64,000 nt of DNA from Yuukianura sp. NJ FZ-2021 (Eukaryota), in the NCBI GenBank assembly GCA_046563655.1, contig CM102288.1:248001-312000 (forward strand), in the 5' to 3' direction. Both the position numbers and the translations under genes were made by a program. A model generated the notes under the pieces. The model saw only the letters and a list, made by a program, of their open reading frames with translations, was not told the origin of the DNA and did not search any database. Below, piece by piece: positions 1 to 14,300 of the stretch (position 1 is its first letter; each line of letters begins with the position of its first letter).

Positions 1-3000
1 CAGCAACTTTTTTAACTTGTGTTGAAGTAAAACTAAAAAAGTGGAATAATGAAAAGGAAAAGTTGTTCTGGACACTTTCACATAAAAAAAGCAACACTTA
101 ATCAAAATAAAAGTCAACTGGAGAAAGTCCATCTCTCTTCATTCTGATTCCACTGCAGATCTTAATACCTGAATTAAAGACAAAAAATCAGTTAACTCAA
201 ATCCCACCAGATTTAAAACTAAAACGTAAATCCACGAAGAGGTCAAAGGTCATTGACCTTTTCCACATTTCAGTTTCAGCAGTCGTTTTAAATTACATGC
301 CTGAATATATATTCTAACTTTGCATGTTCTAACTCTGTCCTTTCCGTAAATCTTAATTTTGTTAAAAGATCCGTCGGAGAAGAATTTTCAAAAAGTAATT
401 GGCAGTGAAGGCACAAAATTTTTCAAAAAACTAAAAATGCCGCTTTTCTGTGAGAAAAGCTAAATATGCGTAATTTCAAAAAGACGGAGGGAAAACGGAA
501 GAGAAAACTTTTTGGAACATAATTTCCTTCTGCAAAAAGTAAAAAAAAAGTTTACGAGTAGGAAATTGGAGCAAGTAAAAGCAAATTTATGAGAACGAGG
601 AAGAGATAGGGCGGACCCCGAGTTAACTCTGCGCCAAATAAGCAAAAAAGAGAACTTTTGAATTGCTACTTTCTCCTACATAACGCCGGGAACTAGCAGA
701 AACATAGCCTTACTTCCCATTAATTTGTACCTTGTTTAGGAGCCTACAAGCAGCTTAACGCTACTTCCAAAAACTACGGCCAAAAACTCCGTGTGTGGTT
801 TAGACAAGAAACAATTGAGGGTCATTAGGCTTCCAGAAAGAGAGTTTCATCTGGTGAAAGCACCGACTTCACATCATTAACCGAACCGTTTCTAGAATTC
901 TCAAACGCTCAACTTCGATTTCTGAATTCCAACTTTCACCAACTCCTACTTTCTCTTTCACTTGAATTCCACATATTTGAAACTCCTTTGTAGTGAAAGT
1001 TGTTTTGTGTTTTGGTGGTGTTGGAAAAGTTGTGTTGTGTAGCGAAGTTGATGGGTTGCATGACAAGGAGTTTATGATCCCTTGACATGCAATCAGACAC
1101 ACTTCAAGTCCCACCTTACTTCCTTGTTTACATTCAAAATAGGATGTTTCCGAGGAAAGGACAAAAGGGCTCGTAAATTGCAAAGACGTTTTACCACACA
1201 CACACACTTCCACTTCAAAGATTTTGTTTCCAGGGTTTACAGATTTTCAAAGGTTTGGAGTGCCAAAGTGAAAGTGAGACTCAATTCAAGCAGAGAAAGC
1301 TGCGTCAACACTTACACAACACAAAAAAATGCTTCGCAGGTTAGAAGCCTTAAGGCGAGCTGCCAGCTCTGCAAATTCTAGAAATTCTAAGCTTTTAAGT
1401 TGAATTTTTAAGAAATTTTGCGTTGAGTTGCATCGACTTTACACTGAAGTTGGTTTTACTGCGAGTGAAAGCGAGCTGCCGCATGCATTTCTTTGTTCTG
1501 CTTTCGACAAAGATAAATTGGGCGTGACAACCTAGGGAAAGAACGCATTTTCCAACATTACGGTGCAGCCAAGGGAGGGATTGAAGCAGAGATCACATTT
1601 ATAGTATGAAGAGATTAACAAACAAAAAGTCATGCAGAATTTTTTAACAAAGTTTAGATTTCTGAACCGTAAGGAGTGATTAGTTTCCTCCAATTTCGTC
1701 AACAGTTTTTCTATTGCTAGAATTTGTTTGTTGAACTTTTGAATTTTGAACTTATTTTGGATAAGACGAGAAAAGAAAGTTATGATGACACTTCTACCCA
1801 TTGAAAGTCTTTTGAATTTTATGAATTTCTACATTTTTGTCCGCAAAGATTCCATTATTTTCCATTTTGCTTTTCAGCGTCTCCTTTGCCTTGGCTGTGG
1901 TGGGCTGCATGTCACATATTTCATTCACTCTTTTTTTCCTTTCTTTCTTCAAATCAAATGAAGTATGACTGCTGCTGCGTTCTGTCGACACAGCACAAAT
2001 TCCTCTTCTAAAAAAATAGTGAAAGTTTTGCATGGGGAAAGTGCAAAGGACATGCAAGGCAGGCAGAGAGAATTTTTTTTCTTTAAATTTGAAAAATGTT
2101 TTTGGCTTGTCTTCTCACCAATTTCGCCAGAATTTGTATCCTTAATGCTTTTTGACAACTTTTCCATTTTTCACTTCCAAAGACAAATGGGGTGTTCAAC
2201 ACAAAACTAATATTTGTTCAAAATTAAAATTGTCTAAAATCAAAAACCAATTTTTCAAAAATGCTGAATTGAAAATAATTTTAGAATGTTTATTGGAATC
2301 TCTAGATTTTCAACTTCTTTGATAGTTTTCATCTTTTCCAAAACTGAACAGTTCGAGTCCTTCTTTTGTCTTGTTCTAAACAATATGCTTTTACAATTTG
2401 TTAAAATTGTCATCTTCAGGATTTCAAAAAGAGGGAATTTTGAACATCTCCAATTCAAAATCCGAACTTTTCGCGCCTCCATGATTTTGAATAGAACAGT
2501 GTGAACAAACACAGGACGAAGAGTGTAGTCTCCCATAAAGACTTTCAATTAAAACCCGTAATTAATTGTCCCTTTCTCCTTTAGCATTTTAGCAGAAGAT
2601 TAATTTCAGTTCGACTACTTTCACTGGGCACTGTGCAGGATTAGTCAAAATTCCTACTAATTTCTAAATTCTCATTTTACAAAACTTGGTCTAAAACAAT
2701 TTTAGAAAACTTTTTGGACAAGAGTTCACCACTTGAAAGCTAAACTTTTGATGTAGTATTTGAACAGAACATTCTGAATTAATTCTAAAGATGTTCGTCT
2801 AACTTGATTACAATCCAATTTTACAGAGTAATCACAACTTTTTGAAATACATAATGTTGAACTTATTGCTGTGGAGTGAAAGTCCATTTTGAGTCTAAGT
2901 AAGTTTGAAGTTGAAAGAAGATTGAGGTCAAGAGGTCACGAGATGAAGATGAAGTTTTTTAAATTAACTTTTTCCTTTCTCCATATTTTCATTAAGCTGA

Positions 3001-6000
3001 ACTCTCCTTATCCTCCCTTGTAAACAAATCCTCATCCATTTTTCAACAAAACAAAGAAAAAGCGGGAGAACGGAAGTTTACAAACAAAATCTTTGAAAAA
3101 ACGAAAAATTTAAAACAAGATCCCTGTTCGAGAAACTTGGAAAACAAGTTTTTAAAAAATATTAAACTTTCTTTTCTTCCAAAAATTTTTCTCCAATTTC
3201 TAGTTTCTCCTTTTTTTCTCATTTTACGAACTTCTAATGTCTTTTACTCCTCGACTTCTCAAAGTTCGAGACTTTAATAATTTAGAAGACTTTTTGGTGT
3301 GTAATGGAGAAAAGGGCGGGAAGAAAGTAGGAAAACATTTCAAATTCAGTTTAGACTTTGGCGGGAGAAAGCAGATGCTCCAACTTTCACAAAGAAGGAG
3401 AAAGCTCTGTCATTTCAAAATGCTCCTCGCTGTCTCGCAAAGTGACAGTCACATAACTGCAACCAGTCACAACCAGACTTTGTACCGACAACCAAGAAAC
3501 GTCAACTCCAAGGACATTGTAGTGCCATCACAATTTGATCAACAGCAAAATCATTAACACCAAAAAGGTCGACGCTTCATTTTTTTCAATCACGGACGAG
3601 TTGATGATCGATGATCTACAAACATTCTTTTGCCGAAATTTCAACAATTTTTTTTTTGGAAACTTAAGTGAAAGTGCGGATCTTGTCAATTTAAGAAGCT
3701 GTACTGAATTATGTATCTTTAAATCGGTGTTACAAATTTCGTTTCTGTTTTTTTTCTTTTGTTTCTTTGACTTATGACTTTTAGCTCTTGTCTGTATAGT
3801 TATAAGATAGGCTTGGTCCAAGGTGTGATGATCCACAGCGAGGACGACTTTGGAGCGGATTCTGTGTCTTATGCTCCTCCTGGGAACTTTCTGCTTTTAC
3901 TTTCCACCGCCTAGGATCAATACTAACCACCTCGGAGGATGACTTTCTCAAAGGACGAAGGTGTGCTTCCAACTTCAGACTCTCATGCTCAGACAACACT
4001 AAACTTTCACCAGGGTTTTAATCCATCCATTTCTGTTCCACTTTAATCAAATAAGTATCAAAAACACATTTTTCACAAAGAATCTTGTCTTGATTTGATA
4101 AAAATCGATTCCCCCAGAAAATTTATTGGCGCCCTTCCCAGCTTCCATAAGAACTTTCTTGTACAAAACTTTCAGAATCTGTCACTTAATGTTATTTGAA
4201 CGAGTGACAGCTAAGGTCAATGACCCCTAGCAATCGCGAGGTCAATGACCTTTGGGATTCACACAATAGAGGAAAGTCGACAATACTAAAGAGTTAGAAA
4301 TGTAGCATCCCCCGAGGGGGAAAGTGGTAAGGTCATTTGGAGAAAGCAAACATACGTCCCCTTCTAACATAGTTCTAGTTCTAGGCAATTCCCTATGTAA
4401 ACTTGTGCGTTTACATTACATTTATCTTCATCCGCCTGACACGTCGTTCTGGGCGTAGCCCCAACTCTGTCTCTTTTTGGACACTTGAAGTCTCCAAGGG
4501 CTCCCATTCCGGAACTTTATTTGGTGGATTTCCAAATAGAGGCCACTATTCCTCTGAATCCAACGGAAACGATCATGCGACACGCAGTGACAACTAGACT
4601 TTGGATTGAACAGGACCAAATTCTGAAAGAAGTGAAAGTTAGAAAACACTCAAGCGTCTCTGCCCATTTCAGTCCTCTGGTGAAGTGGCGAGGGACTGGA
4701 ATTAAGTCGTTCTCATTTGAATAATTCAGGAATTACGCTCACAATGGACTCCACCCGCTCCAAAACGAAAACAAACAAGGAAGGGAGAGAAAGTTGCTTC
4801 AGAGTTCTGGATGACACGACGAGACGGAATTGCGCCCATAAAACCCCACACTCCGAGCCACTTTTTTTAGCGGGAAAACTTTATTTGAATATCGAGAAGA
4901 GAATAGCTACGCCGTCGCCATTTAGGCTACATCCTTGTTCTAAATGTTTTTACACAAAAATTCATTTAGAAAAAACCGACGCCAGACTCGATTAAAAAAG
5001 TCACAAGATACACAAAGTTCATTTACCGGAAAAACTCTTCGAACAAAAACACGACGGATTAAAGTAAAACCGCGAACCACATTTTTGGTTCAAAGCTACA
5101 CCACGCTTGTAAAAACAAGCGATGCATGAAATGGAGCCAAGAGAATTTTGGAAACCGCGGAATTTCGTGGTGAAAGGGCTGTCATGTGATCAAGATAGCT
5201 TTTTGTGGTAACCTTGTAGCGTAATTTATTGAGGTCAAAGGTCAAGTAAAAAGTCGAGGTGAAATGGAGGTCATTGAGACGTGACAAGGACGACAAATTT
5301 CAAAATTTCCCGCCACGAGAAGACTTAGAACGGAATGCGTAGTAATCGTACTAAAAGGTTGGGCGGTCTTTGGACCAAATCAACCGAATAAAAATCATTC
5401 TGCGAGACGTATGCTGTCTGACGCTACTTTTTAACATCCATTTCCCTTACTTTTTAGCTTCTGACTCCACTTTTCCGCATTTCCCTGCTGCGTTTGGCCC
5501 ACAAATTTATGACCTAATCTCCCGTGTCCGAACAACTTCGTGGAAAATTGGCAAACCAAGACGGTTTCTGACAGAGGAAAGGGTGGTGATGGGCCAAATT
5601 TTCAAAATTTCTACAAATAAGAAAAGCTAAAAGTTTGAAGCGTGCAGGAGAAAGTTAAAGTCTCTTGCTCTGAACACATTTCATGGTGCATTGCAGTATA
5701 TCTGTTGGAAAAAACCACAAAAAATTTCAAAATCAAAATTTTGAACAAAACTTTCTCCCATGTTAACTTATTTGTTTTGACACTGTGACAGGAGGAGGAC
5801 AAGACAACGTCGCTCGTTGGTGAAAACATGGTTAGGTGAATGACTTTTGACGCATGACATGTTTGGTGTCGTATTATGACAGGTGACGCACAAGCTATGA
5901 GTTTTTTGATTAACTTTTACTTTTTTAGACGAAAACTTTTGTCTTTTCAAAAATTTAATCAACTTCCCAGGCCATGGGCGCTAATCTTGTGGAACTTGTG

Positions 6001-9000
6001 TGCTTTTATTAACTTTCCAAGTCTACACGACGCTGTAGAGTCTATAGAGAAAGTGAAGTGCAACGTGAGCCTTTTTGATTTTCTTTTTGAAAATTTTTCA
6101 ATTTCAGCTTGAACTGGTTTTGGACCGTTTCGGTTCAAATGTTTCGCGCCTTGGTTGCACAAGAGCAGTTCAAAAGAGAAAATTTCAAAAAAAAAAAAAG
6201 TGAAAGTGAAGCGACATTCTGGAGGTAGGTGATGTATCGAAGTTTTATCAAAAGTAAACAGAACTGATTGAACATTTTTCACGGAAAACTTGGACCAAAG
6301 TTTTTCTATTTCGGTTTAAAATGAAATTTTACTTTCAAATTTCAAAAACCTATGGTTTTCAAATTTTTGAATAAAAATCAATACTTCCATTTCACAGTCT
6401 TACACTCATTTTTCATGTGACACAAGCGCTCGATCATAGTTTTTCAAACTTATCAACTGAAAGTTAACACTTTCATGTTTTATTTTAAATATTTTTGTGC
6501 GTCTTTAGAAATCATTAATCAAAAAGTTGATTTTTCTTGTGATAATCACTTTCACCTGAGCAGTGGATCAACACAAAAAAAAGTTTCGCGCCGGGGTGGA
6601 TCTTCCGGAAGCCACTTTCCATTAAATCCAACTTCTACTTTCTACTTTCTCCACACAACTTTTTCTTTTTCCCACCAAAAGAAAAATTCTCTTCATTTCC
6701 GCCTAGTTTCCTCTTCTCAGAAAATCCGCGAAGATGATCCACCATCTCGGAAACAAAGAAAATTGGAAGAAAAAAAGAAAATGAGACTTTTTGTTAAAAA
6801 AAAGTCATTTTTCTTCCTTCGTTTTTTTTTTCGTGAGTGAAAACGAGAAAAGGAAGAATCCTTAGCTCCTCTCTCTCCATTGTCTCAGTTTGATTTTTTT
6901 TAGGAAAAAAAAGAGAAAGGTAAGAAAAAGTTGCCACTTCCGCGCGGGTTTTCTCTTTTTTTTCTCTCAAAATTTTTCGTTTTCATTTTTATACTTTTCA
7001 CAAAAGCTTAAGAGATGTAGAAATGTGAACTCTACTATTTTCTTGTGGTGGATTTCAATTCCCTCGTGACTCTAACTTTCTTAACTTTTCTTTTTCTAAG
7101 ATCTGATTACATTTTAATCTCTAGGAAACGGCAAATTTCCAACAACTCTTCCTCGCCGTTACCACCCTCCAGGAATCCTTTTTTATTAAAAGTTTCCAGG
7201 AAACTGCTGAATTTATTCAAAATTTGGGCAGAAACTGAATTTCCTTTATAATCCAGAGAGATTTAGAAACAGGCTTTACTGTTATTAAAAACCATAAACA
7301 GGAAATTATCTTTCTTAATTTGTGGCTACATCACTTCCTGGTGAAGAACTCCACAAGGCAAAAAGATCTACAGCAAACTGTTCAACAAACAAAAGACCTA
7401 CATAATAATTTCTTCAGGTTTTTCATATCAGATTCAAAAGAATTACTACGCGGAAACCACACTTTGTTTTGTCATTTTAAATGATTTACATCTTTTGTGT
7501 TTAGAATTCTCACACTTTCCATTTTGTAAAAACTGAACAAAAGCCTTTTTTCGTAATTTATTAAATGCTGAAACAATGGAACTGCTGGGAATGAAATTTT
7601 CAGATTCTCACTCTGACTTGCGAAATTGGACTCTGGAGAAAGCAACTGGAATTAGAAAAAATAAAAAATGGCTTTTTAAAAAGAGAGGGACAAAGAGCTA
7701 TTCAAAGAAAAAAGTTTAAAGTGTTACCAAATTTGTATAAATTTTGAAGTTAAAATTCCACAAAATTTTTATTCTACAGTTGAAAATAAGTTCTAATACC
7801 AAAAAATGTGAAAGTAGGGAAGTAACAAGAGAAATTGATCTTTGCGCCTCTCGTTGGAAATTTGGAAAGTCGTTAGGTCTGCCAAAGCCAAAGCAGAGGA
7901 GTGAAAGGAGAGAAAGTTCATGTAAGTAACCGACGAAAATGGATTGGTTGAACAAGTTTTTTCTCTTGTGCCAAAGTGAAAATTTCGCAGGATAGTTTCG
8001 GTTTTTGGCAAAGTTTCCTCGAGGCGACACGAGCCAAGGCTCAAACCTTGTACAAGGACACTTATTCCAGAAATTGGAGAGATCCAGAGTTGAAAGTGAA
8101 AGTGGGTTAGGCCATACAGTGTTCCCGAAACTAGTGCTATTCATCACCGCCTCCAACATCAGTTCAAACAACACACAATCACCCCTCCCTCCTCACTTTG
8201 TGTAACTCAAGCCAAGAGACAAAGGAAAAGTGATAAATGACTTAATATTACATTTAGCACAAATTCTACTAAGGGTAGACTCAGGTTTAGGTACGACAGA
8301 GTTACTATTTTATGATGAAAAACTCTGATTTTTATGCTTTGGTTTGAATTTGGATTTAGTTGAGGCAAGGAGTACGTGACTTTTGGAAGATTTGAGTTTG
8401 GTAAAAAGGTAAAGATCATGTTCAGGTTTAGCAAATTTTGTTCTGGTTTAGATACAGATTGGTTGTGGGAATTCGGGTTGATGGAAACAAATCGATGAGA
8501 TTCACTTTAGAAATCCATTTCGTAAAGTGGTTAGATTGTTAGTTGACACTGAGATTCCTTATTAATTGAAAGTGTGTCACATGAGGTAACCAAGAGTTGT
8601 GTCACATGTCAAAGGGCAACAAAACTAGTAACTCTAGCTAACTTTTCGATAGCAACATATCCCACACTACAACTTTCTCCACTCTCGCGTCCTGTCATGT
8701 TTCTCCCCCCTCATCCATTTCAATTTGACATAAGATAGACATGGTCCTCACATTCATACGTCTTCTCCACTACAAAATCTAATCTCAACCTAACTTTCAC
8801 TTTCTCCCATCTCTACCTTGTTAACCTAACCATAAAAAGGATCAACCTGACTCTAAAATGGCAAAAAATGACATTAGAGTTGAAGGGGGTCTTCCATTAC
8901 AAGAATGCATAGCATAAGTAGCTACTTTGTGAATGTTCCAATTTCACATGAAAATGTAAAACAAAAGAAAGGAAGATTTGTAAAGCCCTTTCAGAGTCAA

Positions 9001-11354
9001 GACTCTAATCAGATTCGAACTAGTCGAAATGAGATTTCCAAATTTCGAAACAGAAAGTCCAAATGAAGGAGAGAAGATGAGGAAGTCAACTTAAATAAAA
9101 TTAAGTTGAATCCCGGCCCATTATTCTTGTTCTTTCAACATTTCAACTCTACAAATTCCAGTTCAACTTTACTAAAGAAGATTAAGTACCATTTTCCTTA
9201 CCTTGACTTTTGTTCTTCTTCTGAACAAATGACAAATTAAATTCGAAATTTGAACTTTCAGTTTCAACAAATCAACGTTCAGTCAACATTCCAACGAGAT
9301 TCAAAATCCCTGCAAAGAGAAAGTGAACTTTCACGGCCAAACTTAAAATTTAAACTAAAAAGTCCTGCACAGTTGTTAGCTTTTGTTTGTAAAAGAGGAT
9401 GAAACTGTAGTTTTAGTTTTTACTTTTTAAATTTTTTTTTGGTTTTGGAGAAAGGCGGGAGAAAGTGTGCACGAGCCAAGTGCACTCCGAAGACTGGAGG
9501 CCCAGCTGAACTTTCTCCTTGGAAAAAGCTGAGTTTGAGGTTTCTGCCTTGGAGTTTCTGCAGAAAGAGAAAAGATACGTTCGGAGAGAGTCGGAGAAAG
9601 TCGTTTTGTGCAGTTTGTGGAGTTCCCATTTGATGGATTGGAAGCCGTGTTGTGGACTGTTTGGGAAGAAAAGGTCAATGAATTTAGAGGATGTCTTTAT
9701 GGACTTTGAGTCCTGCATCTCTCTGACTTCACTTTGAGATGTGCTGAATGTAAGAAGGAAAGGAGGAAACGCTGGAGCTGATAAACGGAAGGGGAAAGGG
9801 ATATTGGCAATAATGACTCAAACACTCAAGAGACCACTCAACCACAAACCAAGGACCATGTTAACTTCCAAATTGATACCAATTAAAACAACAACACACG
9901 TAATTGTGATAGAAGTAACACGTCTTTACTTTAATTGTCTTCAAATTACACCAAATCCAGTTTTTAGTGCAATTTTTTCATTCGAAAAGACTACTGTTTT
10001 GAAAACTTTTGGAGAAAGTTAAACACCAATAGATTTTGTGTTTATTTATTAAGTTTTTGTAAGACGAAGCTGAAAGGTTAAGCGCTTCGTTTTCCGTAAA
10101 AAAAAAAAAAAAAAAAAAATTTAGTTTCTGATTTCAAAAGTTTTTTTTAACGTTCGTAATTTAAAAACATAATAATCTTCGAAGAAATTCACAAGTACGA
10201 GAACGAGAACAAAACATGTATATAAAAAATAGTAAAATTTATGGCAAAATCAGGAAAAAGTAGCGCGAGACTTTTTCGGATTTTTCGTTTTTGAATTTGT
10301 GAAAAGATCCAATTTCAGATTCTAGTCAGGCAGAACTTTCACTTCCGAAAACGCATGTCAACGCGTTTTTCAGAACATGAAAAGACAAAAGGAAATGGAA
10401 ACGACAAAAAAATTCAAAATTTCTTTTGAGATTGCGGACTCAGGTTTGCACCTTCTTAGTTTTTTCTTTGTTGTAACACATTTATTTTATAATTTATTTG
10501 CTCAAAATTCTTTTTCAAAATTTAAAGTTTTCCTGGGAGTTGTCCAGTTAAGTAAGAGGACTAGACAGGAATTTCGAATTTCTGTTTTATAAAAAAAAGT
10601 TTTCGAACTTTTTATGAAACAACGGCGTTTACTGTGTAATGTCATTTCGATAGAAGCGAAAGCGTTTAGTTTGAAAAGCGAAAAAGTTTTGGACAAAGCG
10701 TAATCCTCTGACTATAAAAGTTGATGAGACGATGGGGTCAAAAAGTCGTTTTGTGGATTCAGATCCACATTTTGCGGATTCCGAGAGGTCAAGAGGTCAT
10801 TTTGTAGATTCGAAGAGGTCAGTCGTAACAAAGTTATCAGCCTAGCGGAAAACGAGGACGAATGTGGAGTGGGGAAAGCTCCGGAGAGAAGAAAAGAGAA
10901 AGTTTCGTTCTAATAAATTCGAAACTTCCCGCTTTCAATTTCAATTTTGTTGGAAACTTTCTCCAGAGATCTCTTGTTCTTCCAGATGAGAATGGGAGAA
11001 GACATGAATTATACTCCTTTGTTCATGCACGTACACTGTGGCCCAAATCTCATTTCTTAATTTTTGGACCAAGTTCAAACAAAAGTTTGACTCATAAATA
11101 AACTTATTCTGGTCCTTACTGTACAAAACATGCAAAGACTTTCACCTTTCTCCTCCAACTTGTGTAAATATTTGAAATAGGAGATTGCCAAAAAGTCTTA
11201 GAAATATTTATAGGCAAATTTTTTCAATAAGTGCTCAAGGCATAAGGTTTCCATTTTTATTGAACAAAAAAGACGAATAAATATTAGATCAGGAGAAAAT
11301 TTCCAAAAATTTGACTTTCAAAATTACGTTTTGAATTTCAGTGAAAGTGAAACG

Positions 11355-14300
11355 TCAAACGGCAGTGTCTTCATCGTCGCTTTCATCGCCTCCGCCAGCA
11401 CATCGGCTCCAAAATTTAACTTTTCTTGCTTCATTTCGATTTACTTTGGGAACTGTCCTAGAACTGGTAGCCTCTAACGGAATTTCTACTAAACCAAAAG
11501 CCTGTGAATTGGTCATTGATGTCCCATCTTCAGCATCTGACCGAAGTTGCCCCGAGGGCCTGTGACCTTGAAAACGAAATTCAGATTCCTTTCGGGCGCG
11601 AAGCATTTCTTGCTTGATGATGATTTCATTTGTAAGATGATTTTCGTGCGAAATTTGTTTTTGAAGTTTCTTCGGAACGTCTGGAATCAAAACTTTGAGA
11701 AGCAGAACACACATGGAGACGATATTCTATACAAAACAAATCGTGTTAAAATGTTCAAGATTTCAAAATTTCAACTTTTTTCAAAATTCAAAATACTGTT
11801 TACTTGAAAAACAAGAACAAAAATGAGGCGAGCCACAATCACTTTCCAGTAGAAGTTGAGGTTTTTGTGTTTGAAATCCTTGGAATGATCTTCGTTGTTG
11901 TCAAAACCGTGATTCCTAAAAGTACAAAATTTTGATAAAAAGTGAAATTTTTTGAAATTGTTTTTTTTTTAAATTGTTGAAATGTTAAACATTACCAGCA
12001 AGTTCCATTGTCCTGAACTTCGTAGTATAAGAGGTCAACTACTTCCGTTGCGTTTAGCCTTTCGACTATTGGTGGGCGTGGTCTCGTTTTGGCATGAAAG
12101 TTTGAAATGTTAAATCGAACGAGAGAATGTTCAAAATATGATTCTCCAGCAGGAAACTCATAGTAGTGAACTACTTTCGGAATGAAGTTGGAAGTGAAGG
12201 CAATGATGAGTGCATTAGAGATGACTGCAATTCTGGAAATTGAGTCCAGAATTCCATACCAAATTCCAATTGACTTTGACCTTTGACCCACCGGACGACG
12301 GTTGTACATGAGCATTTTCGTGGCATCCAGGCGCATTTCCAAAACGTTGTTGATCAGAGCAAAAAGTGGAGCCAGAGGGAAAGCCGCCACGAAAATTGTC
12401 ACAAATCCGTACTGGATGACTGGCAATGGTTTCAAAAAGTTTCAAAATTTCACAAAAAAAAAAGATTTTTAAATTTACTTTTTGTGAAAAAGTTCTTACT
12501 CATCTCCAGATACTCCCCAAAAAGTGACCTTGAGTTCCAGCCTGCCAACTTGTAGTCCTTGGCCCACTGTGTAGTGAAAGCAGGGCGCCGTCTTTTCTGC
12601 GCTTTGCTCCGCATCATCAACTTGATATTTGTGATCCACTTTCCGATGATCCTGAAGTTTTATGAAAAGTGTGGTTTAGAATTTGTGATTTTTAGAATTT
12701 GACCTTTGACCTTTGACTTACGGTTGGGCCATTTCCAGTACTCCACCGATGAACTGCTTTCCAATCATGATGATGACCAACTGAATGCAAAGTTCTGACA
12801 TACATCCTGCCGCTCCACACTGCCGATCAAAATTTCAAGAAAAAAAAATTTCAAAATTTAGAAAGTTTAAATTTTAGATCCCTTGGAGAGAATGTATTGT
12901 TTTTTTAAGAGTAAAGAGTAAATCTACGTTAAATGGCACAACGTAAATTTCAAAATTCAAATTACAATTTTAAAAGCTAAAAATTTTTAATTTTAAATTT
13001 CGAATTTTGAAATTGAAGCTTAAAATTTACCTTCTCTGCACTGAGAAGACTTTGTTCCCTTTCTGGCGTCCTTGCGAAGCGTCCTTTGAAAAAAGCAATG
13101 TAAAATATAGATCCGTAGTAGTTGACAAATTGAAGCATAAAAATTTTGAGCGTCAAAGCGTCATCAAATGCCGTTTGAGTTCGATGCAGCTCCATTTCAG
13201 TAAAATACTGAGCCACGGCTCTGAAAATCTAAAGTCAAAATCGATAATTTCGGATTAAATATCACTTTAAGAAAAGTAGGTCAAAGGTCAAACCAAATTG
13301 AAGATGAAGATGACTATCAAGCTGATCATGGCCGCTGAAGCACTGACTGACATGAGCAGCATACTCTGCTTAGGAATACTTTTGTCCAACACTCCAATCA
13401 TCGTTACACGAAACACAATTATTCCAACAATCACAGCTCCAGCTAAACTCACCTACAAAAAATCAAAAAGGAATTCAATTTACTAAAAAGCTTCAATTTC
13501 TCTTCGTTTTTGGCAAAAATTGGAGAAAGCACACCAGAAAAAATCCATTGAAGCGTGAAATGAAAGAGAGAAATTGTGTTTTGTTTGACGGTGTCACTTT
13601 TTATTGTGAGCCTTACAAGAAAAAGTACTGCGGAGAGGCTGAGTAGCTGGATGGGGACTTTAGTTTTCCAGAAGGAGATGTGTGGTTCCGTGTTGGTATT
13701 CACCACGTCAGTTGCCAGTTTGTTGAGGCGTTTAAGACGTGACAAGTACTCGAGTCGAGGTTGCTCCTCAGAAATGTCAAGAGTTGACAGGTCCCATTTG
13801 TGCGTGATTTTGGCAGAGTAGCGTTTCCAGAATTCCAAGAAAATGGCGGCTGAGGGCCAGAAACAGAGAGAAAGTGAGAGAAAGTTGAATTGAACCAAAC
13901 ATTTTTTGAAAAGAACAAATTTTGAGTTTATAGTTTGAAAAATACCCCAGAAAGACATGATCACAGCAAAGACAATTGTCAAAGTGTTGTCAAAGACGTA
14001 GGTGAATCTGGCAAATCCGCAAGTAGTGTTGAGTCGCCAGTACTGGCACACTTCGCTGCACAGTGGACACATGATATGCTTGTCTCCGTCGTCACAGACT
14101 CTGTTACTGCATTCAGAAAGTCAAATTTTAGCATGAAATGACCGAAGGTCAGTGAATGTTTGAGGTCAAAGGTCACCGGGTCACAATCCTAACCTGTATT
14201 CGTCATTGAAAACTGTTCCGATTCCGTAAATGAAGCAGAAGATTCCCAAGACAGAGGCGGGAATGAGCATGCGCGTGTAGAATCCCAGCCATGCAAAGTA

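Noticed and set aside
460..11135. Many short ORFs, including 3781-3999 and 4403-4649
   Set aside because: No recognisable motifs or consistent exon chain; expected by chance.
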